From positions 2,666,948 to 2,730,947 of the forward strand of contig JBLDXI010000010.1 in assembly GCA_047495785.1 (NCBI GenBank): 64,000 nt of DNA, in the 5' to 3' direction. Below the pieces are notes generated by a model. The model did not search any database. It was not told the origin of the DNA and saw only the letters and a list, made by a program, of their open reading frames with translations. This stretch comes from Lepidodermella squamata. Lineage: Eukaryota; Animalia; Gastrotricha. Each line of letters begins with the position of its first letter. Positions within the stretch are counted from its first letter, which is position 1. Below are positions 1 to 11,190 of the stretch, in pieces. A program made the translations under genes and the position numbers.

Positions 1-1897
1 GAAAATTCAAAATAATATGCCAATCAAAGTTTTGTTTGACCTTATACCTAAAAAGCACAAATGTGCGCAAAGTGCCGCAACTTCGTAGCTTCACTACTAT
101 ACTTAGTACATAGTATACACGTCGTATCGTATAAGGCAATCCCCCCAATTGCCGATAGAGATATCTCAACGAGCAATCCGAAAGCTGCTTTTTGCCTGTT
201 GTTTTCATCAGCCTTCAGGTTATTGAATTTAATAATCTATCACATATTAAAGAGCCCGAATAGCCCTATCGATTGGTCTGCTGATTGATTAATAACGAGT
301 TTAAATGGACCGAAAAGGCCAGAAGACTGTTACAGTGAAAAGTCAGTCGTATTGCGCACCGCAAGTGGGAACTGTCGAACAATAACTCATAACGAATGCA
401 TGAAGTAGCTTGGAGTTTTCAGTTGGCTGCTCTGAACCTATATGGATCGACCTTTGGAAAATTGATTAATTAACTGGAGAGAAAAACTTCAACTACTGAT
501 GCTAGATATCGAACTTGAACAATGTTCGTACCTGCACCTGATAGGCATTTTATTGCGCACAGCAATTAAAATAGGTACTATTGAAGCTCTGCTGGACCTT
601 TCAGGTTTCGGTGCAAATTGTAGAGCTTGAAACGCGGAACGCTGAATAATGACCGTTTTGAATTTATTGTTTCGCCCTCTCCATCGCAAAACACAACGAG
701 ATTTGTCTTCAGCTAAAATGCGTTTAATGGGTAGTTCAGCCATTTATTATTGTTCATAGAGGAACACGGAATTGATTCAGCAGCGGAATAATAGCCGTCG
801 AGGGTCATTCCACAAGTTTTTTTCGCGTGCGGTGAAACCGGCACACGCAACTGCGCGACTCTTGTTCAAAGAAGTGCGCTATCAATAATAATAATAATAA
901 TAATCGAAATCACAGGCGCTTTTACGATTATTTATAGACAAGTGCACATGTCCCTGCGATGAATTATACTAGCATATGGCTGAAACTAGCTCAGTATAAG
1001 GAGGTGCGATTCGTTTAAGCGATTCCGATGACGGCGGCGACGGCGGCGGCGGTGGCGGCGGCTATCCTAATACTTGTGTTGAAAAACGCGCTTTCTAGGC
1101 GCGCTCATAGACCCCACACGGGCGTTTATAGCTTGCGCGCATTCACAGTTGGAGCAGCATTTTTTGAAAGCAGGGCGTCGTTGCGTTCATAATTAAAGAG
1201 AATTAACGGCGATATTATTTATCCCTATATATATAGCCAAGTATACGCAGTCGTCAATATGCTTGTTGATTTATAGCCGGACAATCAATTGAGAAAAACC
1301 AGAATGTCTTCTTTTTAATACCTCCTGCTACTTCTCGCGCGTATTATGAAGGCGCAATAAAAAGAGTCTAGCCGGCATAATTGATGATGACCCACCCACC
1401 CACCCACCAACACCACCCAACCTACCTACCTGTACGGCATCGAGTAGGCAACGGCGACCGCAGCCGATGCCAGCGGCCACCTGCTGCCATCTTTGCGGTT
1501 GCGGCTGCCGATGTTGTTGTTGACATCGACGAGCGAGCGAGCGAGCGCGCGCGCGTCGCGTTAAACGCGGCCACCGTCGCAACCGCCGCTTTTTTGTCAC
1601 CAGTCTTGCTTCATATATATATATATATTGTTGGAACACATCATAGGTATGTAGCACGCAGGCAGGCAGGCAGGCTGGTAGGCACGCACCCGGCGAAAAG
1701 TTCTCGCGCAGGCGCCGATAAAAACACATCAAGACGACGGCGCGTAAACACACCTGATATTACCGCTTTTTATTCCACCACCGCCGCCGCGATGTTCTTT
1801 CCGCATTTTTGTATTATAATATTGTAGACGATATACATATACAGTTGAGTACAGTTGTGTTTCAAGACTTCTGCCAGCCAGCCAGCCAGTCAGTGAG

Positions 1898-3563
1898 ATG
1901 CCGCCTTGGCTGTCACTGCCGCTGCTGCTGATGCTGACGACGCCCGTCGCTGCCTTCCTTCCAGGGTTCGCCGCTTTCAACGGCAACAGCCTATTCGGCG
2001 GATTCGGCAACTCGTTTTTCCCGCAATTAGGTTCCTTCCCAAGCATGTCGTCGTCATCCAGCCTCTACAACAAACCACCACCACCACCAGCCGCAGCTGC
2101 CCCGACAGTATGGCCGGCCTACCAACAGCCACAACAACAGCAACAACAGGTGATAACTTTGAAGCCGGTTGTCGAAAATAAGTGGCCGTCCAAGTACGAG
2201 CGGGAGGCCGACTGGTACCTGCAACCGAAAGCGCCCACCCCGGAACCGCAGCCGCAACCGCTGTTCTACGCGCCTTCGCCGTCGAACTTCATGTTCGGCT
2301 CGTCGCCATACATGCGTGGCCAGAACGACCTGTTCTGGTCGCCGCAGCCAGCAGCCTACAGCAGCTACCAGCAACCACCACCATCGCCGCAATCACAGCT
2401 GCAGCAATACCGGCAACCAGTAGCATCTGTTCGCCAACAACAGCCCGTTGAGACCAAGCCGATTCAGTCGTCCCTGCCTTTCCTACGCCCGCCCACCGTC
2501 GAAGTCTCATCATCAGACAATTATTACGCGCCGCAGGCTGTCGATTCTACTGCTTCTTCTTCATCCGACGCATCACCTGCTCCGGTTTATCGCCTCGTCG
2601 ACAACTACAGCAACAGCAACATGCCCCGGTCGTCTTCATCTTACGGCGGCGGCGGCGGCGGCGGCTTGGGCATGTTCGGCATGTCGTCGTCGCCTTTCGA
2701 TTTCGGCTCATCACGTGAGTTCAGCTTATTATTTTCATTCACGTATTGTAAATATGCTACTACAATAATTAGCAACATGCTTTGACGACACAGATCAATT
2801 ATAGAAAAGTAGATTAAGCACCGTGCATAAGCTGGTTCTTTCATTCGTTCGGTCGTTTTCTAGTTTAGTAGAGCTCGTTTCAAGCTCTATTTCCGAAATT
2901 AAATCGCTTCGCGCATCTTCAATTTCACTGGTGCCGTTTTCGCAACAATTGTTATAATCAATATTTGACCTAGAGATAAATTCGAACTCGGAATTTCAGG
3001 ATAAAACGCGATTTTCATAAAGCTTGGCCAATTCCAACTAATATTCTTGCGAAAAAGGTTTCGAAGCTGGGAATTTAGGTATTCATGGGGAGCAGAAATG
3101 ACGTCGAAAATTTGCATGGATCAAATAGAGACATATGTTATATTCTTCACCATTGTATTCCTTCATGTTATTGAAACTATATTAGCACACGAGACATTAC
3201 AGCGACCAATTTCACACTTATTTTAGTTGTCGATATAAGGAGCATCTCTTAAAGAAGACAAGTAAACTTGATTTTTTTCAATAGAACACGTTCTCGACTA
3301 CCTATCATCGTGTATTGGGTTCTGTCTTCTCAGTCTCAGCAGCAGCCTATTCAATTTTAGACATTTCATCGTTTATCTAAATTACTTACTTCGTAATAGG
3401 GTCATAGGGTGGTGGTTTCATATTATAGTCGCAATATGTATAACTTTTGTATAGTATTTTTTGGTAACTTGTATCTTGTGTATTTTGTGCAGGCGGGTTT
3501 GGAGGTGGGCTGTTTGAACCTCGCAGCAATTTCCTGTTCGGTGGCTGGAATCGACGCAAATAG
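1898..3563 (+). CDS. Secreted low-complexity Pro/Gln/Ser/Gly-rich protein, ~295 aa, 2 exons (1898-2714, 3493-3563)
   Basis: Signal-peptide-like N-terminus MPPWLSLPLLLMLTTPVAA. GTGAGT donor at 2715 and TGCAG acceptor ending 3492 join in phase to give ...GSSRGFGGGLFEPRSNFLFGGWNRRK*, which matches exon 1 composition. Confidence 0.7.
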
Positions 3564-4517
3564 GAGTAGGAGCAGGAGGTGTCAATGCGCAACCTGTCGA
3601 ACCTTCTCGAACCTATATGATGTCGGTGTGCGTCGAGTGTGTGTGTCCCTCCTTCCTCTGCTCTCTCTCTCTCTCTCTCAGGACTGTCGCGGTAAAACCA
3701 AAAACTGTGCCATCGCATGATTTTCTGCCACGGCGTGCCATCAGCACAAGCGTAGGTAGCTGTTGCCGAAAATAGTGATGATCGCAGAATAATCGCTCAT
3801 AGCAGGCATCATAATCATCAACATCAGCTTGTTCATATTTTTGTACTCTCGCTATGTGTTTTTGTACCATAGATTATTATAAAAGTATACGCAACGATCA
3901 TTTTAGCCCATTGTAACAGTATACCTACTACCTATATTGCATACTTCAATTTGTGTTTTTGCTCCAAAATTTGTGTTATCGGTATTGATTGTATTGATAT
4001 TATTATTATTATTATTGGCCTGCTTAAAAAGTAAAGCCTTGCTTCAGTTTATACCCGGAAATATTTTTTCAATCGTACGCAGGTCGAAAACCACCAGCGG
4101 CGTAGGCAAAATCGGTCATGTAAGCTTTTATTCTATATGCAAACGACCAACTGAAATCAGTTTACTGTTTGTCCACCTTTGGCGTTTATGAAGTGATGAA
4201 AAGGACGTGCCTATAACCTGTGCGATCTCTATTTCAAAATCAACAAAGTCCACAACATATTTTTGGAGTCCCGTGGGTAACTGAGCTTCTAACTTCTCCT
4301 AACCGAAAACCTTGGCATGTTCTTCGGTTAGGATGTTCGGTTAGAAAACCTTGGCTTCAAGGCAGGAAAGAAAGAAGAAGAAGAGTCAGGTAGAAAAGCG
4401 TTCATTTGTTTTATTATTGCCACTCGGGCGATAATGGCATGTAACAAGTAAATAAAAACAACAAAAAGACGAGTACGAGTCGGTGAGAAAGTTAGATCGC
4501 CATCATCATCATGATCA

Positions 4518-5404
4518 TCAGGTTGAGCTCTGGCGGTACTCGGACGTGTCGAGGATTTTCTTGCCGCACATGGCGCAGATTCCTTTTTTGTACGCGCAGC
4601 CGTGGCAGTAGAACGAGCCCGGCTGGTGGATGGCGGAACCGCAGACGCGGCACTTCTGGAACGACGCCGACGCCGCGCGGCCGCCGCCCGACGACGACGA
4701 GGCGCCGCTGCCGCTGCCGTACGGTGTCCACCGCGCCGCCTTCGACAGCGCCTTGTTCTCGCCGATCTTCTTGCCGCCCGACTCGACCGTGTTGCGCGCG
4801 CCCGCCTTCCACACGTCAGACGTCACAACCTGCACGGTGTGGACAACAAATACCCACAAATTATAGGTACAATTACAACATCATTTTTTAAACAAGGATC
4901 TTTAATGCAAGATGTGCAAAATCTTATCGCATACACTGTAACAAAATGCTGGCTTTTTAGACCGTCTTTTTAGACTGGCTCGATCTCAAAAATCCGCCAA
5001 ATGAGTGAATTAATATAAGCAGATTTTGAGAAGTGGGATTTTTAACCTTAGCGATTTATGAACGCAGGAGCTTGATGCTGATGCATTTTGATTAAAAAAC
5101 AATCTAGGAGCTTTTTAAACCCTGAATTATTTAACAGTCTAATTAACCTCGGGCGAATTATTTTTCTGGATTAATTTTTCTGGGACGGGCCTTATTAGCT
5201 TAATTTCGACTGTATGCGAGGGTTCTCAAAAGCCGCTAAAAACCGGGATTTTTTTTACAGTGTAGTATACGCACTGATTTATGATTAATCGATTTCTGAA
5301 ATATCAAGCTCTTGAATTTAGAAATTACGCAAGAGAATGGGATCTTGGCAGTGGGACAAATGGCTTACCTTGCCGAGCTTCTTCTGACATTTGTCGCAAA
5401 CCAT
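4518..5404 (-). CDS. CRIPT: Cysteine-rich PDZ-binding protein, 2 exons (5404-5369, 4829-4518)
   Basis: MVCDKCQKKLGK|VVTSDVWKAGARNTVESGG...CRVC...HQPGSFYCHGCAYKKGICAMCGKKILDT matches the CRIPT family; GT-AG intron. Confidence 0.95.
4934..5262. mobile_element. MITE-like non-autonomous DNA element in the CRIPT intron
   Basis: Imperfect terminal inverted repeats CACTGTAACAAAATGCTGGCTTTTTAG / CTAAAAACCGGGATTTTTTTTACAGTG, flanked by TA on both sides. Confidence 0.6.
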
Positions 5405-5962
5405 CCGAGTTCAGTATTGTTTCTCTCAATAAAAAATTGCCTACATTTTACAAAAAAAGAACGCGTTATTTAAGATTGAAATCGTTGCGCCATTTTCGCT
5501 GAATGAATTACTAATTTTGCCGTTAATTTTGGCATCGGTTGAAACGGCGATTTTAATGCTTGGAACAGGTTTTACCCAGCAATTTCATCGAATTCAAAAG
5601 ACGCTCGAACTCAGCACAAATGCAATTTTTATTCCAACATTCTGTTTTTTTCTCATTTCGCAGTACAAGTAACAATCGAACGATGTGTAATGATGATGCG
5701 CTGATGATGAAAGTGTGAAGGGGACCAACCTCGCAGTTGTTGACATATCATAAAATTTACAATAACGGCGCCGGCGGATGTTTTAGTAGTAGAGCAGGGT
5801 CCTACTGGCTGTAAAAGAACGAGAACTAGTTTCGCAAACCAGTTCAAGAATATAAGTATCATCATCATTACGAATATCGAGTGACGGTTCTATTATCATT
5901 TATTATTATAATTATATAGGTTTTATTTTATGTTTACTACTTTTTTAGTATAGAGCTATAGG

Positions 5963-8495
5963 CTACATGGCGTGAAGTTGTTCACGTCGAATGTACCGCT
6001 TCAACTCGGGTTCAGTTGCCTGCTGCTGTGATTTGCCGTGTTTCGCGTGGTAGTCGGCGAATCGCTGCTCGAGCTGCGGACGGAAGTGGCGGATGAGGCC
6101 CTGCATGGGCCACACGGCGCCGTCCGCCAGCGCACAGATCGTATGGCCCTCCATCTGCTTCGTCAGCTCCCACAGCATGTCGATCTCGGCCGGCTGCGCG
6201 TTGCCCTCGACGAAGCGGTGCATGATTTTGGAGGTCCAGGCGAGGCCTTCGCGGCACGGCGTGCACTGCCCGCACGACTCGTGCTTGTAGAAATCCGTCA
6301 GCCGCGCGATGCACCGCACCAGGTCCGCGTTCTTGTTCATCACAATCAACGCCGCCGTGCCCAGCCCAGATGTCACCTGATGTTGTCACAAATCATAATA
6401 TCATCAATTCATCATCAACTACTACTAGTCAAGTTCTGCAAAATGTTACCGATTTTTTGTAACAATTTTACTGCTCAAATCCTGGTTGTTGTTTTCTACC
6501 TTGGTAAATCTTTGCTCAATGATGTTCAAGAAAAGCTAGCTAAGAACAAGAAGCCCGAAAAGAGGCCTAAAGACCTCATAGTTCGATTTCGATAATCGAT
6601 GGGTTGTTAATCCTTAATGTTTAATCCTACGATTTGATCGCTGAAATTCATTCACCCGAGATCCGACATACTAAATGTCCCAGCGAAACATCCGAGCTTA
6701 GGGCTATGGTTGTTAATTCCTTTTTTTGCCGTCCCCAATTTGACAAACAAATAATCAAGAAATTGACAGCAAGGCTAAATCTATCTATCAAAAATGTCTA
6801 AAAATCGTTTCAAGTGAAAACCTGTCATGTTCAAGCCAAGGCAAGTCCTGTTTATAAAACGAATGTATGTATGTGTGTACCTGTACGAGGGCGTCAAAGT
6901 CCATGAGCACAGTGTCGCAGATGCTTTTCGGCAGCATGGGCGTCGAGGAGCCGCCCGGGATGACGGCGGCGAGGTTGTCCCAGCCGCCGATGACGCCGCC
7001 GGCGTGGCGCTCGATGAGCTCGCGCAGCGGAATCGACATCTCCTCCTCGACCGTGCACGGCGTGTTCACGTGCCCGCTGATGTTGAACAGCTTCGTGCCC
7101 GAGTTGCGCTCGCGCCCGAACCCCACGAACCAGTCGCCGCCGCGCCGGCAAATCGTCGGCGCCACCGCCACCGTCTCCACGTTGTTCACCGTCGTCGGGC
7201 AACCGAACACGCCCACGTCGGCCGGGAACGGCGGCTTCAACCGCGGCTTGCCCTAAACACAATCAAAAATATACCAATTATATGTCAGCTCAATTCGAAT
7301 GAATCAACAAGTGAAATCAAACCACATGCATTTTCTTCTCATTTCATCGATTTTGAGAAAAGGATAGGTACCTCGCAGTACCTCGATGTAAAAGATCAGA
7401 AATTTGTTTCATATATCAGAGTGAAAAAAATCCGACGAGGTGACTTTTTTTCATCAACAGTTGGCGATCTCTCAGATGTTCTTCGGCTTTAAATTTGTGA
7501 ACCCATCCACTTCATTGATTTCACAATATAAAATTAATATTACTACCTATTTCCAATCCTTTCATCTACGTATTCCAATCTTTTGAACACAAAACACTGA
7601 ATTTTGAGTCTCACTATTATTATGCTATATTCGCATCGTTTGATCATGAATGCTCAATCTAAGATTACTATGAGAAGCAGGGTTTTCTGCCTCTCGTTTC
7701 AGTAAAATTCGACTCGGATAACTACTGTAAAAATATACACCTAGTATGTACGAATAAGTGCGTACCTGTTTGCCTTCGAGCGACTCGATGAGGGCGGTCT
7801 CCTCGCCGCAGACGTAGGCGCCGGCGCCGCGGTGCATGTAGACGTCAAAGTCGTAGCCGGAGCCGCACGCGTTCTTGCCGATGAGCCCGGCCGCGTACGC
7901 CTCCTCGATCGCCACCTGCATGTTCGACGCCTCGTTGTAGAACTCGCCGCGGATGTAGATGTACGCCGCGCGCGCGTTCATCGCCCGCCCCGCCACCAAA
8001 CACCCCTCGATCAGCTTGTGCGGGTCGTGCCGCATGATCTCGCGGTCCTTGCACGTGCCCGGCTCGCCCTCGTCCGCGTTCACAACGAGGTACTTCGGCC
8101 GCCCATCGTCCGGCTTGTTCATGAACGACCACTTGAGCCCGGTCGGGAAGCCGGCGCCGCCCCGCCCGCGCAACCCCGACTTCTTCACCTCGCCCTGGAT
8201 CCACTCGTGGCCCTTCAGCAGAATCTCCTTCGTCTTGTACCAGTCGCCGCGCGCCATCGCGCCCTTCAGCTTCCAGTCGTGCCGGCCGTACAAGTTCGTG
8301 AAAATGCGATCTTCATCCTTCAACGGCCCGAACTTGGTCTGCAATTAAGTTGTATCATCAATCAATCAATCATCACCACAGCGCATCATCTAACAAACCA
8401 ACCTTTTTCGGCTTCTGAGGAGCCGCAGCTGCACCAGCTGCTGCAACTTGTTTCAGCCCAAGGCCAGTTCCGAAAAACCGACGAGAAATAATCAT
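5963..8495 (-). CDS. NDUFV1: NADH dehydrogenase flavoprotein 1 (complex I 51-kDa subunit), 4 exons (8495-8403, 8338-7766, 7252-6881, 6376-5963)
   Basis: [40 protein letters not shown] and [12 protein letters not shown] motifs; transit-peptide-like exon 1; in-frame GT-AG junctions. Confidence 0.98.
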
Positions 8496-8612
8496 TCTAA
8501 AACAACAACACAACAACGATGTGTACAAATTCTTCATTGTCTTCCCGGTCAAAGACTGCAGTCTACATTATCATTATGTTAGAGGTACTATGTAACTATA
8601 CAAACATGACTC

Positions 8613-9002
8613 TTATTTTGATGAATTTTCTTTCTTCGCAGCTAGTTCCATGATTTCCTTCTCCTTCTCAGTGCCTCTAATCAACTGGTATTCAGACAGC
8701 GCCGCTTGCATCCGCCGAGCTTCATACCGACGCGTGGCGTTATCGTAACGGCATGACGCCCATAGCACTAGCGCAAAGGGTATGGGAGTAAATTGACAAA
8801 TTGTAATAGCGCGACGAGTGTTCGAAGTCGCCATGAAGTAAATGATGCCAGTGCCGATGCCACCGAGAAGGCCACCCAACAAACTGGAACGCAGGCACGG
8901 AATTTCTGCGAGGTTGCGCCCAAATAAATAGAAATCAAGTTTGCTCGAGTCACCAGCCGAAGCTGGTTCGGCTGTAACAGAAGAGTCCCCATTTTGCGCC
9001 AT
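8613..9002 (-). CDS. COX20: Cytochrome c oxidase assembly protein COX20 (FAM36A)
   Basis: IPCLRSSLLGG..GIG..YF and W..CRY pattern with two hydrophobic segments; first ATG at 9002. Confidence 0.85.
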   Translation of the reverse strand: MAQNGDSSVTAEPASAGDSSKLDFYLFGRNLAEIPCLRSSLLGGLLGGIGTGIIYFMATSNTRRAITICQFTPIPFALVLWASCRYDNATRRYEARRMQAALSEYQLIRGTEKEKEIMELAAKKENSSK

Positions 9003-9119
9003 GTTAATATAACTGATCAACTAGGAATTATCAAACAACACTGGTCTAAATTCTGTAAAGGTCTCGAGGGCGGAACGATTATTTTAATAACAGCAGGAAT
9101 ATAACACGTTTTTTCAATG

Positions 9120-9293
9120 TTAATGGTGATCGTTCTTCTTAACCAGGCTGGGATACTTCTTCTGAACTTCCTCAATCACCATCAGATGTCGCTTTGGGTT
9201 GATTACGGGATCGATCTCCGAAAAGTAGGCGAAAAGACCGAGTCCAGCCAGAACTGTTGATGGGATCCAAAGAGGAACACGAGGATACAACAT
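9120..9293 (-). CDS. 57-aa single-transmembrane microprotein, possibly mitochondrial
   Basis: ATG in AAAATG context after an AT-rich leader; one hydrophobic helix then a charged tail; co-oriented 117 bp upstream of COX20. Confidence 0.55.
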   Translation of the reverse strand: MLYPRVPLWIPSTVLAGLGLFAYFSEIDPVINPKRHLMVIEEVQKKYPSLVKKNDHH

Positions 9294-10502
9294 TTTGTAT
9301 TTTGTCAATTAAAATTATCACCTATCACCAAAATTAATATTTTTAATATAAAATTTAATATCAATTCAAATAATATAGATGACAGTTTTTATCCTAGGAG
9401 CCTTTAGATCGTTCGCTAAGAACAAACACTGTGCAGAGAAAGATACTCGGGATTTGGGATAAAGGAAGTCTGTGTCAGCGATGACACAGCGGTGACGTGT
9501 TACGTAGTCAGAGAGCGAACTTGGGGCGAAAAATGCCGATTTTAAGAAGATCAAACTTAACAACTCTAAGTGTATTGAGTCCCGTGCAGACTAGCTGGTG
9601 CGAAAGTTTCCCGCGAACGAAGCGTACTTCGTGACGCTATTCATCGGTATATTCCGCCACTAGTAGCCCGAAAATGCTTCACAATTCGCGTTACGACTAA
9701 AATTATTTTGAGGGCATAATATGCGAGAGATACATCGCCCTCCTCACCACCTGCTTCGAATGAATGAGACGTCGCCTCCACCGCAATTTAAAGACCATAC
9801 AACAACCACATTCATCATTGAGGTTTGAGGCGATCTGAGATACACAAGGATGCTATCGTCTAGAAACACTAAACACTCATCAATAATTCAGAGAAACTTC
9901 ATGAACTTATCGTGAGCGAGGTTTACTTGACGGAGTATTTTCTCGGATTTTCAACAGAAAACTGCCTGAAAAAAGCTTCAGGTCGAAATTTCAACCTGGT
10001 ACTGTCAAAGGGGCAAGTTTTTCTATGCCAGAGGGACAGCCTCTACCTTCCATAGCGCCACCACTTCGCTGTCTTGAAAGAAGATGAGTTTGTTGTCTTG
10101 GTTTGTCAGGCCAAAAAGTACGGTCGGATCGGAGGTCCCTTCACATAACGACCCAAGAACGACTGTTGCATCAAATTCCGAAAATAAAATTCAAGAAGGT
10201 GGTATTTTTGTTCAACTTAACTAAATCTGTCCGAATTCAAATTTAGTATTGTAAATATGTTGAATAATTTTTGAAGTTGCGCCGCGTTTTTCGTCTTCAG
10301 ATTTTTGGGTTCTTTCTCATCTCCTCTCGGAATATTGGCAGCCGGTTCGAGCTCTAAGCCGGGATTTAACCCCACGTGGGCGCCCACAATGGAGGATAGA
10401 TCCAAAAATGAACACGACTTTTTGATGAGTCAATTTGAGTTGGCAAGCGAATGTCTTTTGAACCCTCGACTCCATATTTCACACGACAGTTTTTGTCACA
10501 TA

Positions 10503-10976
10503 CAGTGAAAGTTGTCTAAACCGGAATAATAAGGTCGCGCCAGGCAAAATCGTCCGGTTTAGAGAAAGTCCGAATTATTTTAAACCGGACTGAGTCCCGT
10601 AAAGGAAATACCACGTGAAATTCATGGAATTTTCAAGTTTTACAAGCTAAGTAATAGTTTTTGAGTACGGAATCGACAATTTTAATATAAATAATCAACA
10701 TATTCAGCTATATTCGCAATAATTTGGAAGTCTAATTTGTTTCGAAATTTTGAGGCTACTCTTGTCAGGCAGGGGCTGGCACTTTCTTCAAAATTATATA
10801 GAAAATTGGACTTTTTATTGCATAAACCGGACTTCGAGCCCCAAATCCGTCCGGTTTATACACCAGTCCGGTTTAGAGAGTCCGGTTTAGACAATAAAAT
10901 TATAAGTCCACACTTTCGGATCGAGCCACCCGAAATCGTCCGGTTTAGACCGGTCCGGTTCAAACAACTTTCACTG
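10503..10976. mobile_element. Tc1/mariner-pogo-type MITE
   Basis: TIRs CAGTGAAAGTTGTCTAAACCGGA / TCCGGTTCAAACAACTTTCACTG; TA on both flanks; repeated internal GTCCGGTTTA motifs; no transposase. Confidence 0.85.
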
Positions 10977-11190
10977 TAGTTGAGCTTGAGCTCCCCGTTA
11001 TCTTGGGTCATATTTGGACCTTTTGGTGTGGGGATGTTGTATGTTTTCGAGGCAAGTGGCTTATCTTTGTTGATTAAAATACATATGTTGCAAGATTAGC
11101 ATATAGGATGATGGTTTTAATTGCTATACTCATCAACTTTCAATTGCTTCGGTTTTATAGGAATTATCATTCCAGTATAGCATTTTATTG

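Noticed and set aside
1328-1827. Overlapping 141-148 aa ORFs upstream of the secreted protein
   Set aside because: Built from microsatellite-like tracts (CCAC, GAGC, TA, GGCA) with no recognisable protein; more likely promoter or UTR.
6012-8491. Long antisense and alternate-frame ORFs over NDUFV1 (likewise PNO1, HSP90, VPS52)
   Set aside because: Expected shadow ORFs of very GC3-rich coding exons.
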